Source of the DNA: Octopus vulgaris
Taxonomy: Eukaryota
Assembly: GCA_951406725.2 (NCBI GenBank)
Contig: OX597817.1
Coordinates: 175,026,001 to 175,090,000, forward strand
Length of the DNA stretch: 64,000 bases
Reading direction: 5' to 3'
Shown: positions 38,154-52,150 of the stretch, piece after piece
How the letters are laid out: every line of letters starts with the position of its first letter
Numbering within the stretch: the first letter of the stretch is position 1
Notes under the pieces: model-generated
What the model was told of the DNA's origin: nothing
Database searches by the model: none
What the model saw: only the letters and a program-made list of their open reading frames with translations
Position numbers and translations under genes: made by a program

Positions 38154-38570
38154 ATATATATGTATGTATGTATATATGTATGTATGTATATATATATATG
38201 TATGTATATATATATGTATGTATGTATATATATATATATATGTATGTATATATATATATATGTATGTATGTATGTATGTATATATATATATATGTATGTA
38301 TGTATGTATATATATATATATGTATGTATGTATGTATATATATATATATGTATGTATGTATGTATGTGTATATATATGTATGTATGTATGTATGTGTATA
38401 TATATGTATGTATGTATATATATATATGTATGTATGTATATATATATATGTATGTATGTATGTATGTGTATATATATGTATGTATGTATATATATATATG
38501 TATGTATGTATGTATATGTATGTATGTATATATATATATGTATGTATGTATGTATGTATATGTATGTATG

Positions 38571-38601
<31 letters not shown>

Positions 38602-38603
38602 GT

Positions 38604-38637
<34 letters not shown>

Positions 38638-38672
38638 ATGTATGTATATATATATATATATATATGTATGTG

Positions 38673-38708
<36 letters not shown>

Positions 38709-39043
38709 TATGTATATATATATGTATGTATATATATATGTATATATATATATATGTATATATATATGTATGTATATATATATGTATGTATTTATATATG
38801 TATGTATATATATATATGTATGTATATATATATGTATGTATATATATATGTATGTATATATATATGTATGTATATATATATGTATATATATATATATATA
38901 TATAGGTATGTATTACATATATATATGTATGAATTATATATATATATGCATATAATATATATATGTATGTATTATATACATATAATTTATATATACATAC
39001 ACACAATCATGTGTATGTATGTATGCTTATAAATATATCCATC

Positions 39044-39076
<33 letters not shown>

Positions 39077-39110
39077 GTATTTATATATATATATATACAC
39101 ACACACACAC
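37922..39110. repeat. ~1.2-kb (TA)n/(TATG)n compound microsatellite
   Basis: Direct inspection; source of the 330-370 aa low-complexity ORFs. Confidence 0.97.
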
Positions 39111-39504
39111 CTGTATTTGTGAAATGATATATCAATTCTAATTCTTTGACATTTCAATAAGTTACAACCAAGTTTTATTTATTTGTTTTTTTTTCCATAT
39201 TTTCTGAACACATTTGGAATCACTGCCAGTGTTGCTATGCGGATCTGATTCTCAAATTCAGTTGAGAGTATCTTATAGTTATGACAATGGCGATTGTCTG
39301 ACTGCCATGCAAGTGGTTTTCACTGAGTGGATTTCTGTTTCATAGTCTTGATTACTATTGGGTGGTGGGAAGTTCGTCTCACAAACACATTGTCTCAAGA
39401 TTGAATTCATAGTGCAGCACCTTAGGCATGTGTCTTCTACTGTTGACTTATGATTTATGAGTGACATTTAGTAGATGGAAATAGTGTAGTAGTCCATTGA
39501 GCCT

Positions 39505-39569
<65 letters not shown>

Positions 39570-39715
39570 TGAATATCAATGTATGCCTGTTTGTGTAACA
39601 TATATTTATCTGTATCTGTAGACATTTACATGCATATATACTTACATATTGTACATGTATATATGTATATTATGTACGCACACACGTACACACATGCATA
39701 CATACACACGGACAT

Positions 39716-39877
39716 GCTCACTCTGTAAAGTGGTTGGCATTAGGAAGGGCATCCAGCCATAGAAACCTTGCCAAATCAGACTAGAGTCTGGTGCAACTGT
39801 CCAACTTGCCAGTTCTGGTCAAACCATCCAACCCATGCCAGCATGGACTACAGATGTTAAATGATGATGATAATGAT
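39716..39877 (+). mobile_element. RTE 3' tail
   Basis: Homology to 19515-19674. Confidence 0.8.
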
Positions 39878-39900
39878 ATTGTGTGTATGTGCATGCATGT

Positions 39901-39945
<45 letters not shown>

Positions 39946-40814
39946 AATATATGTCCATCCATGTATGTATGTACAAAATATTTACAACATATGTCTGTGT
40001 GTGTGTGTATATAAATGTATATATGTATGTATACACATACATATTTTTATATATATTTACTGATGCATGCACACACATATTGATAGTTGAAACTGGTGTT
40101 ATATTGATGTTGTCCACCATTATTTCAGTGTGAGAATGAAATAAGCATTGGCATCTGTATGGCTAATGAAACCCTTGAAGGTGATTCTCTAGCTGGGCTA
40201 CAGTTCAGTTATTGATATTGCTAAAAGTCTATAAGAATAATATTTCTTCTGTGAATTATGTTACTTATACAGATGAAGCTTTCATTTTTTTAGCTTGGTA
40301 TACATAAATACATACATAAACACACACACACATATTTCTCTGTGTGTGTGTGTGTGTGTGTGTGTGTTTATGTATGTATCAAAATATTCAGATAGTGGAT
40401 ATTAAAATAAAAATCAGACTCTGTTAGTTGGTGATTGGAAACAAGCAACTCTAAGTACTGGAAATTGGAGCCTTTGAGTTATAATGTACTTAATAATAGC
40501 CTACATTTGTAGGGTGTCCTGTAATCTATCACATCCGGTGAAACAACAGAGATTTATATATATATATAAGGATGTATATATATAAAGATGAAAGGATGAG
40601 AGGTAGGTGAGTTAAGAGCGATAAGGTAATGAGTGAGAGGAGTGAGGGGGTAAGTAGTAGATAGGAGAGGTCGAGGATATAAGGTAAGAGAGGCAGCAAA
40701 TGTAGGTTTTGGAGGGGACAAAATATTACATCCTCTGAATACTAGCCTTGTATCAGAGAGTATGTTGGTGTGGGTGATCGGGTTTTCTGCAGCACCATGT
40801 ATCATCAGTCAGTA

Positions 40815-42065
40815 TTGTCCTGTGTTGTAACCTCTGTGAGGTGCAGCATCTTCAGGCCCTCCTTCATTACTTTGCCCAATATCTTCTTTGGTTTCCTTCT
40901 GTCACAAGTTACATTAATTGACGGTGTTCAGCATTTTTGTACATAGCACTCATCCTCCATATATGTCATGTGTCTCTATTAGCACAGCTTTCTCCACATC
41001 TGGTTCTTTGGATACCTAGTTTTATTCTTTGCTCATTTCTACTCTGGTGTTCATACAAACTAACAATACACATCTGTTGAAACATGCTAACCTCATTTTT
41101 GTCTTTTTAATCTATGCATGCCTTCTATAATCAAGACCCATGTCTTATTAACATGCAGTATCACAGTTATACCACAAGCACCACATAATCTACCCTCCAC
41201 TCTGAGGGAGAAAAAAAGAACCTTTGCCAGAAGAAATAATATTCTCCTAAATCTTTTCTGACTTCTTACTCTGGCTGCTATATTTTCTGATCAGCCACAT
41301 CCCCTGTAATCATGTCTCCTTGGAAACAGAGGCTCTCAACTTCTAGTGAGCCATTCACACATATAAGTCAATTTGCTGTGCTCATAGTACGTATTGCTCC
41401 AGTTCGTCTGTCACATACAAAACATACTTTTCCCGTTTGTCTGCCTGTAATTCCACTTATCTTTTGTGTGTCCATAGTTTACTCTTTCTCTGCATACTGA
41501 AACAAGACCATCTCTATTTTCTTTCCTACTTAATAACACATTAGTCTTGTTTAGTTACTCTTGAGGCCTCTTGGTTTTAGGTTCCATATATGGAAGCAGG
41601 CAGGGATTTTCCACTTACAGAAAATCCATATATGGATTTTACTTCAATATATTGCATTTTTCTATAATTCTATTGTAGATTTATCTACAAGAATTAGATC
41701 ATCTGTATATATATATAGGAGTACCACTCACAACCAGTCTTAAACTATTCTGTGATGACCTGCCATCATCTTCGTAAGGAGATTGCATCTCTGGTAGGGT
41801 GCTGAACTGCATTTCATCTAAGCTAACTCTGTTCCTGATCAACTGTGCAATGACCTTTTCAGTGACCTTCATAACCTGGTCCAACAATTTGACGTCTTTA
41901 TAATTTCCTTTCTCCATAATTTCCCTTTACAGTAGTTTACAATGGTACTATAACATCTCCCTTTATTACTTGATTGACTGTCCAAGTGACTACCATGCAT
42001 TCTACTTAGCCAGATATTTGGAGCATCTTGGTGACTGATGGGTCTGCAGCTTCCCCTCCCTTTAT
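40815..42065 (-). mobile_element. Degenerate RTE LINE with RT remnants
   Basis: GNYKDVKLLDQVMKVTEKVIAQLIRNRVSLDEMQF (RT N-terminal motif) and homology to 18510-19200. Confidence 0.75.
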
Positions 42066-42169
42066 GTCCGCCATTGCTCTCTCTACCACACTGCCATCTT
42101 ACTCGTAGTGCCACACAGTTGGACCATGCAGTTGGGAAGCAGACTTCTTACCACACAGCCACACCTGCA

Positions 42170-42460
42170 TCTATATTATATAATATAATATAAAATAATA
42201 TAATATAATATAATATAATACAATACAATGCAACATATAATATAATATAGCACATAATATAATATAACACTGGCCTGCTCGCCTAGCCAGCGGGGTGGCG
42301 TCATTTGAAGGCTAAAACAATGCCAAGCGCATTGTGACCAGCGATGTGTAGCAACATCTGATAGCCTGGTTGGTCACAGTGATCACGGTGATAATATAAC
42401 ACATAATATAATATAACATATAATATAATATAATATAATATAACATATAATATAATATAG
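42170..42460. repeat. (ATAAT)n repeat interrupted by a ~120-bp GC-rich insert at 42271-42390
   Basis: Direct inspection; ATAACAC on both sides of the insert. Confidence 0.75.
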
Positions 42461-43194
42461 TGTGTGTGTATGTTATGTGTATAACATAATATATATATGA
42501 TTTATAAGGATGGTGCCTGTGATTTCAAAGGCCTGCTGATATATATTTTCATGTATGCATACACATTTTATATATACACATATCTGTAATTATGTGCATA
42601 CCTTTATGTGCCAACAGGTTGGGAAGTATTCAGTTCAATGAGTACAGTTTATAGTTTTTATTTAAAAACTGTCTAATTCACAAATTCAGTTACTAGCTTC
42701 CTGTAAATTTTATCCGAGATCTAGATACTGTATATAGTTGTGTGTGTGTGTGTGTAAAATCATGAATTCAAATGCACCATCTATTTTCACAGTGAAGCTG
42801 TATGTTTATTTATTGAATTTAACACATTTACAACTCAACCCACAAACAAGCGTTTCATGATTTTAGTTAATACATGTTTCAGGTGGTTGTAATGATATGA
42901 AAATATTCACTGGTCAGTGCTTATTGTCCATCATGCTCCTCGTAATTAGCCAAGTCAACCAATTCTGGCATTCTTTTCCAGTCTGCCTCTCTCTGCAGAC
43001 GGGATGATGTCTACACACCTGATAAGCTTGTAAATGATCAGACTAAACTAGTGGTGCCATTCTTCACTCCATTCGGCAAAGAAACTTTTGTAGTTCAATC
43101 AGGGAATCTGTTTGTACTTTGTGGCTAAATGAAAGTTTATAAAGCATAAGCATATAAAGATATTTACAGTGTAAATATATTATATCATATTTAC

Positions 43195-43611
43195 AGGTGC
43201 AGGAGTGGCTGTGTGGTTAGTAGCTTGCTTACCAACCACATGGTTCTGGGTTCAGTCCCACTGCATGGCACCTTGGACAAGTGTCTTCTACTATAGCTTT
43301 GGGCCGACCAAAGCCTTGTGAGTGAATTTGGTAGACGGAAACTGAAAGAAGCCCGTCGTATATATGTATATGTATGTATATGTGTGTGTGTGTTTGTTTG
43401 TCTGTGTTTGTTCCCCCCCAACATCGCTTGACAACCAATGCTGGTGTGTTTACGTCCCTGTAACTTAATGGTTCAGCAAAAGAGACCGATAGAATAAGTA
43501 CTAGGCTTACAAAGAATAAGTCCTGAGGTTGATTTGCTTGACTAAAGACGGTGCTCCAGCATGGTTGCAGTCAAATGACTGAAACAAGTAGAAGAGTAAA
43601 AGAGTAAAAGA
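43195..43611 (+). mobile_element. Full-length, well-preserved SINE family A
   Basis: A-box TGGCTGTGTGG, B-box-like GGTTCAGTCCC, GGCACCTTGGACAAGT core, internal TA/TG repeat, (TAAAAGAG)n tail. Confidence 0.9.
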
Positions 43612-43689
43612 GTGTGTATGTGTGTGTGTGAATCAGAATCATTTTGGATCCATTTTTTCATGTCTGTATATGCAGGACTTACGTTTTTC

Positions 43690-44300
43690 AGTGCTGCATT
43701 TCGCCACTTGTTGCGTACATTATCATCTCTTTTCTGTGGTCATCCTTTACCATTTCTTCCCATGTCTTCCACAGCCTTCTCTCTGCAGCTTCCCTCATTC
43801 AACATAGATTAATTGGTACTTCTTTATTCAGATGTAATCCTCTAGAAGATTCATATCCACACAAGTGTAGTCTTCCCTCTTCAATATAATATCTGTTTCT
43901 TCTCATATCCACTTTATTTGTCTTAAATCATTTCTGCTCTGTCTTTTAAGTCCATTAACGTTACACATCCAGCATCATCTCTTTCCTGCCTTTACATATC
44001 CTCTGCATTCAATATGCATGTGTCTTGACTGTGCAGTATTACACTTGGTAACACAAGCAGCATGTAAGCTGCTTTTGACTCACAGAGAAAATTCCTTTGT
44101 TGCCAATAACGGTGGAAACCCACTGTTATACTTGTTATACTGGCCATTATGTTTTTAGCACAGCCATTCTCACTGTTGAATAGGTTATCTTGGTAACAGA
44201 AGCTCACAACTATATCTAAGGAGCTTTTAACATGTTTGAAAAGATTCATTTCATGGTCAGTTTCCTGAAATTGCAAATGGTGATGTCATTTGCGTCATTG
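43690..44300 (-). mobile_element. Old, degenerate RTE fragment
   Basis: Weak similarity to 18650-19200 (SVILHSQDTCILNAEDM vs MLHGSKTWAMTADDM). Confidence 0.5.
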
Positions 44301-44849
44301 AATTTTAAGAGCCCTTATTCATTGCTTTAGCTGATGTATATTGGACAAGCCATCATAGTGTTGCTCAACATATCCATTGAAAATTCTGGTGTGATTATAG
44401 TTATCTTTCTTTGTTGCTTCTTAACCACATTGCTGCCATGTGGTAGCTGTATGGTATAGAAGAAACTCCATATAAGGACTTTCTTTATCTGGCTGCTGTT
44501 TTCATGACCACAACTGGAGTCTGCCAAAATATTGTATTTTACTGTTTAATGAAGATGTATAAGGGTGGCTATTGCAGAACTGCTGAAGAGTGAAAGTGAG
44601 ATGAAGTTACTAAAGAGAGTGGGTTTTTGTTATTTAGTTGATGCTGGGAATTTTGAAGAAGATTTTGGAATGTTGTTTACCAGTATGTCCATTCTGTGCT
44701 TGTATTTGATACAATGTCATTAAAGAGATGTGACTGAATAAATTTTCACTTGTTATTGTGTTTCACTGTAGAAAAGCACATCCTCAGTATTTCCCAGTTT
44801 TAGCTGAATAACTTATTGTATTGTAACACATGACCATACCAGCACAGTT

Positions 44850-45460
44850 ACAAGAGAGGCGACTGCACTGGTATGGTCATGTGTTATGTATGAATGAGGA
44901 CAGCTGTGTGAGGAAGTGCCACTCTCTAACTGTAGAAGGAACCTGTGGAAGAGGTAGACCCAGGAAGACATGGGAGAGGTGTTGAAGCATGACCTTCGAA
45001 CATTGGGCCTCACAAAGGCAATGACAGGAGACTGAGACCTTTGGAGATTTTCTGTGTTTGAGAAGACCCGGCATCTAAAGTGAGATCACAGCCACGCATG
45101 TCCAGCCCTGATGCATCGGGTGATATGATATGCTTGAGAAGGTCCTTTGAGTCAAGTAAAACCAATATCGTAGCTGTGGCCAGAGCCTCCTGACTGGTTC
45201 CCATGCCACTGGCACGTAAAAAGCTCTATCCAAACATGATCAATGCCAGGCTTGCCTGCTTGGCTCCTGTGCCAGTGGCAAGTAAAAAGCACCCACTATA
45301 CTCTCTGTGTGGTTGGCATTAGGAAGGGCATCCAGCTGTAGAAACATTGCCAGATTAAATTAGAGCCTGGTGCTGCCGCTGGCTCTCAAGACCTCAGTCA
45401 AACTGTCCAACCCATGCCAGCATGGAAAACGGACGTTAAATGTTGATGATGATGATGATG
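44850..45460 (+). mobile_element. RTE LINE 3' fragment
   Basis: EGTCGRGRPRKTW-encoding segment, 3' UTR repeats, (GAT)n. Confidence 0.88.
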
Positions 45461-45748
45461 AGAACTGAATTATTTTTTATTTGGCCCAAATGTTCATCTT
45501 CACTCTTAGAAGCACAAATATAATATATCTGTTTTAAGTAAAGTATACTATAGTGCACCTAAACCGGAAATAGAAATAATGATTCAATAATGAAATGTAC
45601 ACACACACACATGTATATGTGTGTGTGAATATACACATATACGTGTGTGTGTGTGTGTGTGTACATGCTTACTTATCTACCTACCTATCCACACACATGC
45701 ACTTCTATGTGTGTATATGTATATACATACATATATATGTATTCATAG

Positions 45749-45791
<43 letters not shown>

Positions 45792-46343
45792 TGCATATGT
45801 ACACACTATACATATACATGCAATATATTTCACGTACCTCCATTTGTGTGGGTATGTACATAATTCTGTTCACAGATGGCAGCCTTAAATGCTAAATACC
45901 TTTCTGTCTTATTCTTCCTTACATTTCCTATACGCTGTTTTATCCCCCTGTCTGCTGTGACCATCCTGTCTTTCACGATACTATGATCATGTGTGTGATC
46001 TGAGAGAAATTCAGCTACTGCTGTATTTATTATCCAATCCCATAAACTCTAGTTTACATTGTGTCTATTATCAATGCTCCTTGATTGTGTCATTCTATAT
46101 CTTAAGACAGTATCATATGACATTTCCATGAGCTCTTCGGGTGTCTCTTGGTGTACACTATTCTCAAATGTAAATTATATAGGTGTAGCTGTTTTATCAT
46201 CTAATGCCCTATTGTTTCTCTTGTCTTCTACTCAGCTTAGGTCCCACTGCAATAAATAAATAAATAAATAAAATGTATCTGTTTCTTTTTGTAACCAAAA
46301 TATGAAGTAGACTTATTTTAAGCAATATACTAGGATGGGATGA

Positions 46344-46392
<49 letters not shown>

Positions 46393-46402
46393 GTAATAAT
46401 AA

Positions 46403-47031
46403 TGTAAAAAAAAAATCATACAAACATGTCTATGGCTTGGATTGACTTTAAGAAGGCATATGATATGACGCCTCTTTCTTGGCTCATTGAATGTCAGCAG
46501 ATGTTTGGTGTTGCTGACAATATAGCAAATTTTCTGATGCATAGCATGAAAGAGTTGAAAACCAAACTGTATTCAAGTAATGTATTCCTTGGAGAAGTTG
46601 ATATTAAAAGGGGTATTTTCCAAGGTGACTTGTTTTCTCCGTTACTTTTTGTAATTGCACTAATACCCATAACAATGACACTTGCGAAAGTTAGGATAGG
46701 TTACCAATGTGGGAAGAAAGGCCCATCATTGAACCATCTTCTGTTTATGGATGACCTGAAATTGTTTGGGAAATCTGAAAAACAGATAGATTCCTTAACC
46801 AAAACAGTCCAGAAGTGTGGCAGGGATATCAATATGGAATTTGGGATCACCAAACACTCAGTACTTAATACGAAAAGAGGGAAGAAAGCAGCCTGCAGAG
46901 GATTGCGGTTACCATCAGGTAGGACCAAGGGTGAACCCGACGGTTGTGGGTATAGATATTTAGGGATTTTGGAGCTGGACGACATTCTACACAGAGAAAT
47001 GAAATTCAAGGTCAGCGAGGCGTATCGCTAA
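46403..47031 (+). pseudogene. R4/Dong-clade non-LTR reverse transcriptase fragment abutting (TAA)n
   Basis: MAWIDFKKAYD, KRGIFQGDLFSPLLF, NHLLFMDDLKLF, MEFGITK, YRYLGI motifs; (TAA)n at 46344-46402. Confidence 0.85.
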
Positions 47032-48085
47032 GATATAGTTTAATGATATAGAACACATGATCGCCTCCTCCAATTCCCCTCCCCTCTCAAAGGATCTTTG
47101 TCTTGAAAGCTACTTGGTGACCCCTACCAGTGCTGGTGGCACTTAAGCATTTGTAAAAGCTGATGAGAAATCAGTTGAGTGGTGTCTGTAGAACGTATGA
47201 TATACATTCATGTTCATGTGAAAGGTTGAATGCAAAAGCATTAAGTAATGTCTATGTATCACAAGAATTAGCCATTGTATGCAAGAAAGATCTATATAGC
47301 TATGGTAGTTTGCATGTGTAATACAAATGGATTGTGGTAAATCTAGTTTGAGAAATAATTTTAGTACTAATTTTTATTAACTTGTGTTACTGAATAAATT
47401 CTACTTTCACTGTATTTAGGAAATACTTGTCAATTTCAAAAATCATAATTGTCTTTTAGAATCTTTTGTTACCATATTTTCTGTTGAAATACAGTGCCTT
47501 CGTTGCAGTTAATTTTGAAAATCATGAAGAATCAAATAACTTTGATGTTAAACTGGTGTTTGGAATGTAAATTACTGCGAAACCTTTTTTAGGAGGCTTA
47601 AATGTTGATTACTTGAAAATGGAATCTGTATTATGGAACCAGGGGTGGTTTGAAGTGGGTTAGTATCGAAAGAGATAATAACCTTTGTTGTTGTTAAGTA
47701 CACAGACAATTGAGTCAAGACCATTCTGTGATTTTGCATGTCAGGTCGACATTTCTAAATGTGACTTTACTTTATAAAGGCATTAAAATTTGATTATAGT
47801 GAAATTTGGTTGACTGAATAAGAGGTTCACTGTTTGGCTTGTATAATGACCTGTTTATCTTAGAGTAAATAGAACAGGTTTTGAGTGGGCTGTTCCAGCT
47901 TGCAATTTGGGAAGAAGGAAAATATTCATATATTTAAATAATGTTTATTGTTTTTTCAGTTGAGGTAGTGCAGTACACTGACTTTTAGATGCAGTATTGA
48001 GAGATTTATAACACTAACTATTCAACTCAATAATCAGCTTGGAACACTGATGAAAATGAAAGAAAATTAACTAAAAGTATCATAG

Positions 48086-48254
48086 TGACCCCTTCAACAA
48101 TAGTAACAACATAACCAAGTGTGACAGGCTCGCAAAGCAGTTTCTGATCCCTATTGACTCTAATCCACCCAAGGCTGCCCATGGCTAAATTTAAGCTTTC
48201 TATGTTAATTTCTTTCCCAAACCTCAGCTTAATAATGACACAGTTTGCTAAATT
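48086..48254 (+). repeat. ~170-bp direct repeat, copy 1 (TTAA-MITE family 2 variant)
   Basis: Near-identical to 50735-50902. Confidence 0.85.
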
Positions 48255-48595
48255 GGAAAAAATTGAAAAATGCTGATCCAACAAATCTCTTTTCATTTGT
48301 TCATCTGATGCTTCATAAGTAAATTTATACTTTCAGCATCTCGGCACAAAGCTTTGTGCAAACAAAATAATGAAAATATTTCATATTTTGATAAAATTTA
48401 AATGATGGACTAAAACAGATTCTGAACCCTAATTTCAGGATGAAACATTTGTTACAAATATGCTTGTTTCAAGATTGTTTTTATATGGTTCAATCAAATA
48501 GTTCTTGATTTTCTTTTGAGAAAAGCCCCCCCCCCAGTGCTACCCCTTCAAATTTTCCCAAGAGTTTACCAGAACAACTTATTTATTTTCTTTAA

Positions 48596-48814
48596 CCCTT
48601 TTACACTCAGATCATTCTGCCAAATGTAAGACTTTTTCATCCAAATTGTTTTTAATTAATCATACATTATTTTGTTGATTCAAAATTTTGATGATGTGAT
48701 TTTTGCATCTTATAACGAGATTGAAGGTCAGCCATGATAGGCTGGATCTGGATGGTTAGAATATAAAACAGATAGCATATTTGGGCTGGATATGGCCTGT
48801 TAAATGCTAAAGGG
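48596..48814. mobile_element. piggyBac-type TTAA MITE (family 1)
   Basis: TTAA|CCCTTTTACA...TGCTAAAGGG|TTAA. Confidence 0.8.
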
Positions 48815-49331
48815 TTAATAGTGTATACACCTTTCTGAGCTAAAGCATTTTCCACTTTTTTTCTGTTTGCTTTTTTTACCATATAATTAATCATATTTGA
48901 CAGCTTAGAATTTCAGTATTGCTTTTTGTTTAATTTTGAACTGTTTATATTGTTAATATTTAACCTGAATATAATACCTTTTTACTAGTCTATAATTATG
49001 AAAGTAGGATGTCGACCTTCTTTAATTGGTTTAGTTACTCCTCTTTATTTGCTGCCATTATTACCCATTGTACAACACTTGCTCTCTTTCTAAACAAGAA
49101 AACAAAACTTAAGTCAACAGCTAATACATGCGTTAGTTTATAATCTGCGATGTGTTCACTAGTCATGGTTGTTGTAAAACTACAACAGAATAGACACAAT
49201 GTGGTACTGGTTGTTGAGTTGTTCAACCGGGTTTGTTTCACACTATTGTTTTATCACTTACTGATTGAATTAATGATGTGTAATTGTTCTCTTTGAGTAT
49301 TGCTATTAAATATAACAACAATAGGCACACA

Positions 49332-49370
<39 letters not shown>

Positions 49371-49876
49371 CCACACACATATATATTTGTATATGTGTGG
49401 AGGTTAAAAGGAATCAATTATATAATATTATATAATTTATGTTTGGTTTTCTAGTTAGGCATTTTAGGTAGGAAATGTTGAAGTGGCTGAGCAATCGAGA
49501 TGTTTGAATCATCAAAGCTCACAGGCTGCAAATATAGATCTACTGCTTTTGCTGTGTTATGTTTCTAGACACAACATTTTAAAATCTGCAGTGTCTCTGT
49601 TTACCTAGCAGGAAGGGATATGCATTAGATAATCTGGGAATTTTACTTGCAATATACCTGCACCTTATCCAAGGGGATGGGAAGGGTTTATCTTTCAGCT
49701 GTTTCATGACATGAAACCAGGTGTGATTGCTCTCTGTCTCTCTCTCTGGCCTTTAGGAGTGGTGTTTCTTTCTCTCCTCTAAACATTGAAAAGTAATCTT
49801 CTGACTGTTATTTCAAATGGTCTTTCCTTGTATTCTGTTATCTGATAAAAGTGAAGTGTACACACACAAACACGTG

Positions 49877-49881
<5 letters not shown>

Positions 49882-49926
<45 letters not shown>

Positions 49927-50180
49927 CATACATACATACATACATACATACATACATACATACATACATACATACATACATACATACATACATACATACA
50001 TACATACATACATACATACATACATACATACATACATACATACATACACACACATACATATATGTATATATATATGTATATATATATATATACATACATA
50101 CATACATACATACACACACATACATATATGTATATATATATATTTATGTATGTATGCATGTATCTATGTATGTATGTGTG
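49882..50180. repeat. (CT)n(TACA)n compound microsatellite
   Basis: Direct inspection. Confidence 0.95.
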
Positions 50181-50734
50181 TGTTTATTTGTATATGTTGG
50201 AGATCAGTAGGAAATTGATAGTGACAATTTCAAAGTGTATTTGATTGATTTTTTAGTAAATATATCTGACATTCCCCTAAAATCTTCTCTAAATTGTATT
50301 ATCTACTGTTTTATTTATATTCTGATTCTGCCAAACAAATACAAATAATTCTTTAGAAAAGGGTAAAAATGAAGTCATGGGGAGAAGAGTATTAACTATT
50401 TTTTTTTTTTGAAACAAAGTTACATTATTTATTCTGTATGACATACTATGTTTATGGTGTGATAAACTGAAAATTTTGAAGAAATGAAATTGTAATTACC
50501 TTGAAAGAAATGGCACCTTGAAGTTTAAAATGTTTGCTCAAGATGGCTTCAATATAGTGGGCAAACATAATATGAATGACAAGCTACGAAAGGATCTTGA
50601 TGTAGAGGTCATGATGACCAAATAGTGTTTCATACTTATCTCAAATGTCTGTGGCAAATCAAGCCTGTGAAAGCAAGGTTTTGTTTCTAATTTTACTCAG
50701 TTGAAAACCAAAAATGTTTTCTGTGTAGTGCTCT

Positions 50735-50970
50735 TGACCCCTTCAACAGCAACAACAACATAACCAAGCGTGACAGGCTCACAAAACAGTTTCTGACCCC
50801 TATTGACTCTAATCCACCCAAGACTGCCCATGGCTAAATTTAAGCTTTCTATGTTAATTTCTTTCCCAAACCTCAGCTTAATAATGACACAGTTTACTAA
50901 ATCTTTCATTAATTTCAAAAGTAATTTAAATAAAAACAGTGTATTTCAAGAGAAGTATGACAACAAAAGG
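50735..50970 (+). mobile_element. ~170-bp direct repeat copy 2, continuing into a MITE family 2 end
   Basis: Matches 48086-48254, then TTTCAAAAGTAATT..GTATTTCAAGAG..AAAAGGG like 28225-28446. Confidence 0.7.
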
Positions 50971-51289
50971 GCAAAAATTTAAAACATTACAAGGTGTACT
51001 CAGTAAATACCATAGACTCTGTTGAACAAGCATTCTTATAGTAGCAAATACTACATATCTGCAAGCACTATAGCTTTTTCTAAGGTCATTATTGTTGATG
51101 AAAAAAGAAAAAAAGTACATAGTAGCTACTAAAAGAAGTTCCCCCCATCTCCTCTCTCAGCCATTACTTGTGTTTGTAGCCATATTTCTTATGAAGAAAG
51201 TATGGCAACAGCAGGACAAAGAGTAGAAGAACATGTTCAAGAACAGAAAGGTTAAGTGGCAGTAAATCAACTAGAATTCAAGTCTTTTA

Positions 51290-51521
51290 ATAATAATAAT
51301 AATAATAATTGTGTACAGTGCTCAGGTGCACTACAACTCATCTAAAGTGTATATATAATCAGGTGAAGTTTCGGCGGATTTCGGAAAGCATGAGGGCCTT
51401 AAAAGATGCAGTGTCATGGCAGTCAACAACTGACGCAGGCAGTTTATTCCATGCTTCAGCAACTCTGAGCGTGAAAAAATGTTTCCGAAAGTCATGGGAG
51501 CTGTATTGTTTTCTGACTTTA
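51290..51521 (-). mobile_element. CR1-clade LINE 3' fragment with (ATT)n tail
   Basis: Minus strand KVRKQYSSHDFRKHFFTLRVAEAWNKLPASVVDCHDTASFKALM..* matches the CR1 ORF2 terminal motif. Confidence 0.85.
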
Positions 51522-52150
51522 AACATATGGTATCATATATTATTTTAGTTTTTGTGCTGTGACACCAGAACTATGTGGGAGTTGATAGTCACATGAAGTA
51601 GAGGGAAAATATTACAGGAAGGAAAGAGTTCATGTTTATAACTGAACTGGACAGAGTGTTCAGAAATCTGGTTGAAACCATCGATGGGTGAGGGAGTGTG
51701 GTTCACAAGCCTTGGGTCCTGTTTGTTGAATTTTTGATGGCATCTAATATTCTAAGGAAGTGAAACTTACTTCTCTGCTGTGAAGGAGTGTTCTTAAAAC
51801 CAAGTGTCTGAATAGGAAAAGCTGGGGATTAGCATGGAGACAAGGTTATATGATAGATGAAAGGAAGGTAGATGATTCAGTGACTATAAATAATCCACAC
51901 AGGAATTAGTATTCCTTAATACTTTCACTTTATTTACAGTCTTGTGGAAAATAAATGGCAATCTTTGGGAGATGCCTGATCAATCATGAGAATATTTTGG
52001 ATTACTAGTTTATTTATTTATCTTGTATTTGGATGACAAAGGCAGTGCAGTCCATTCTGGAGTATTTTTAAAAAAGTGATTTTAATGTTTCATCTTTTTC
52101 TCATTATTTGGCACTCTTTACGTATTTATAAGATTATAAGTTTAATCAAA

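Noticed and set aside
37897-39032. Four long ORFs (331-372 aa)
   Set aside because: Translations of a (TA)/(TATG) microsatellite that lacks stop codons; the same applies to the many Y/I/H/T/C/V-rich ORFs elsewhere.
43195-43270. tRNA gene
   Set aside because: A/B boxes are present but it continues into a SINE body and is multi-copy; it is a SINE head.
50500-50664. Minus-strand exon (CTTTCACAG| ... AAG|GTAATT)
   Set aside because: Stops in all three frames and no supporting neighbours; such signals arise by chance in AT-rich DNA.
48027-50918. Two ORFs with nearly identical peptides (NCVIIKLRFGKEINIESLNLAMGSLGW)
   Set aside because: Explained by the 170-bp DNA repeat; no splice or start context and no recognised homology.
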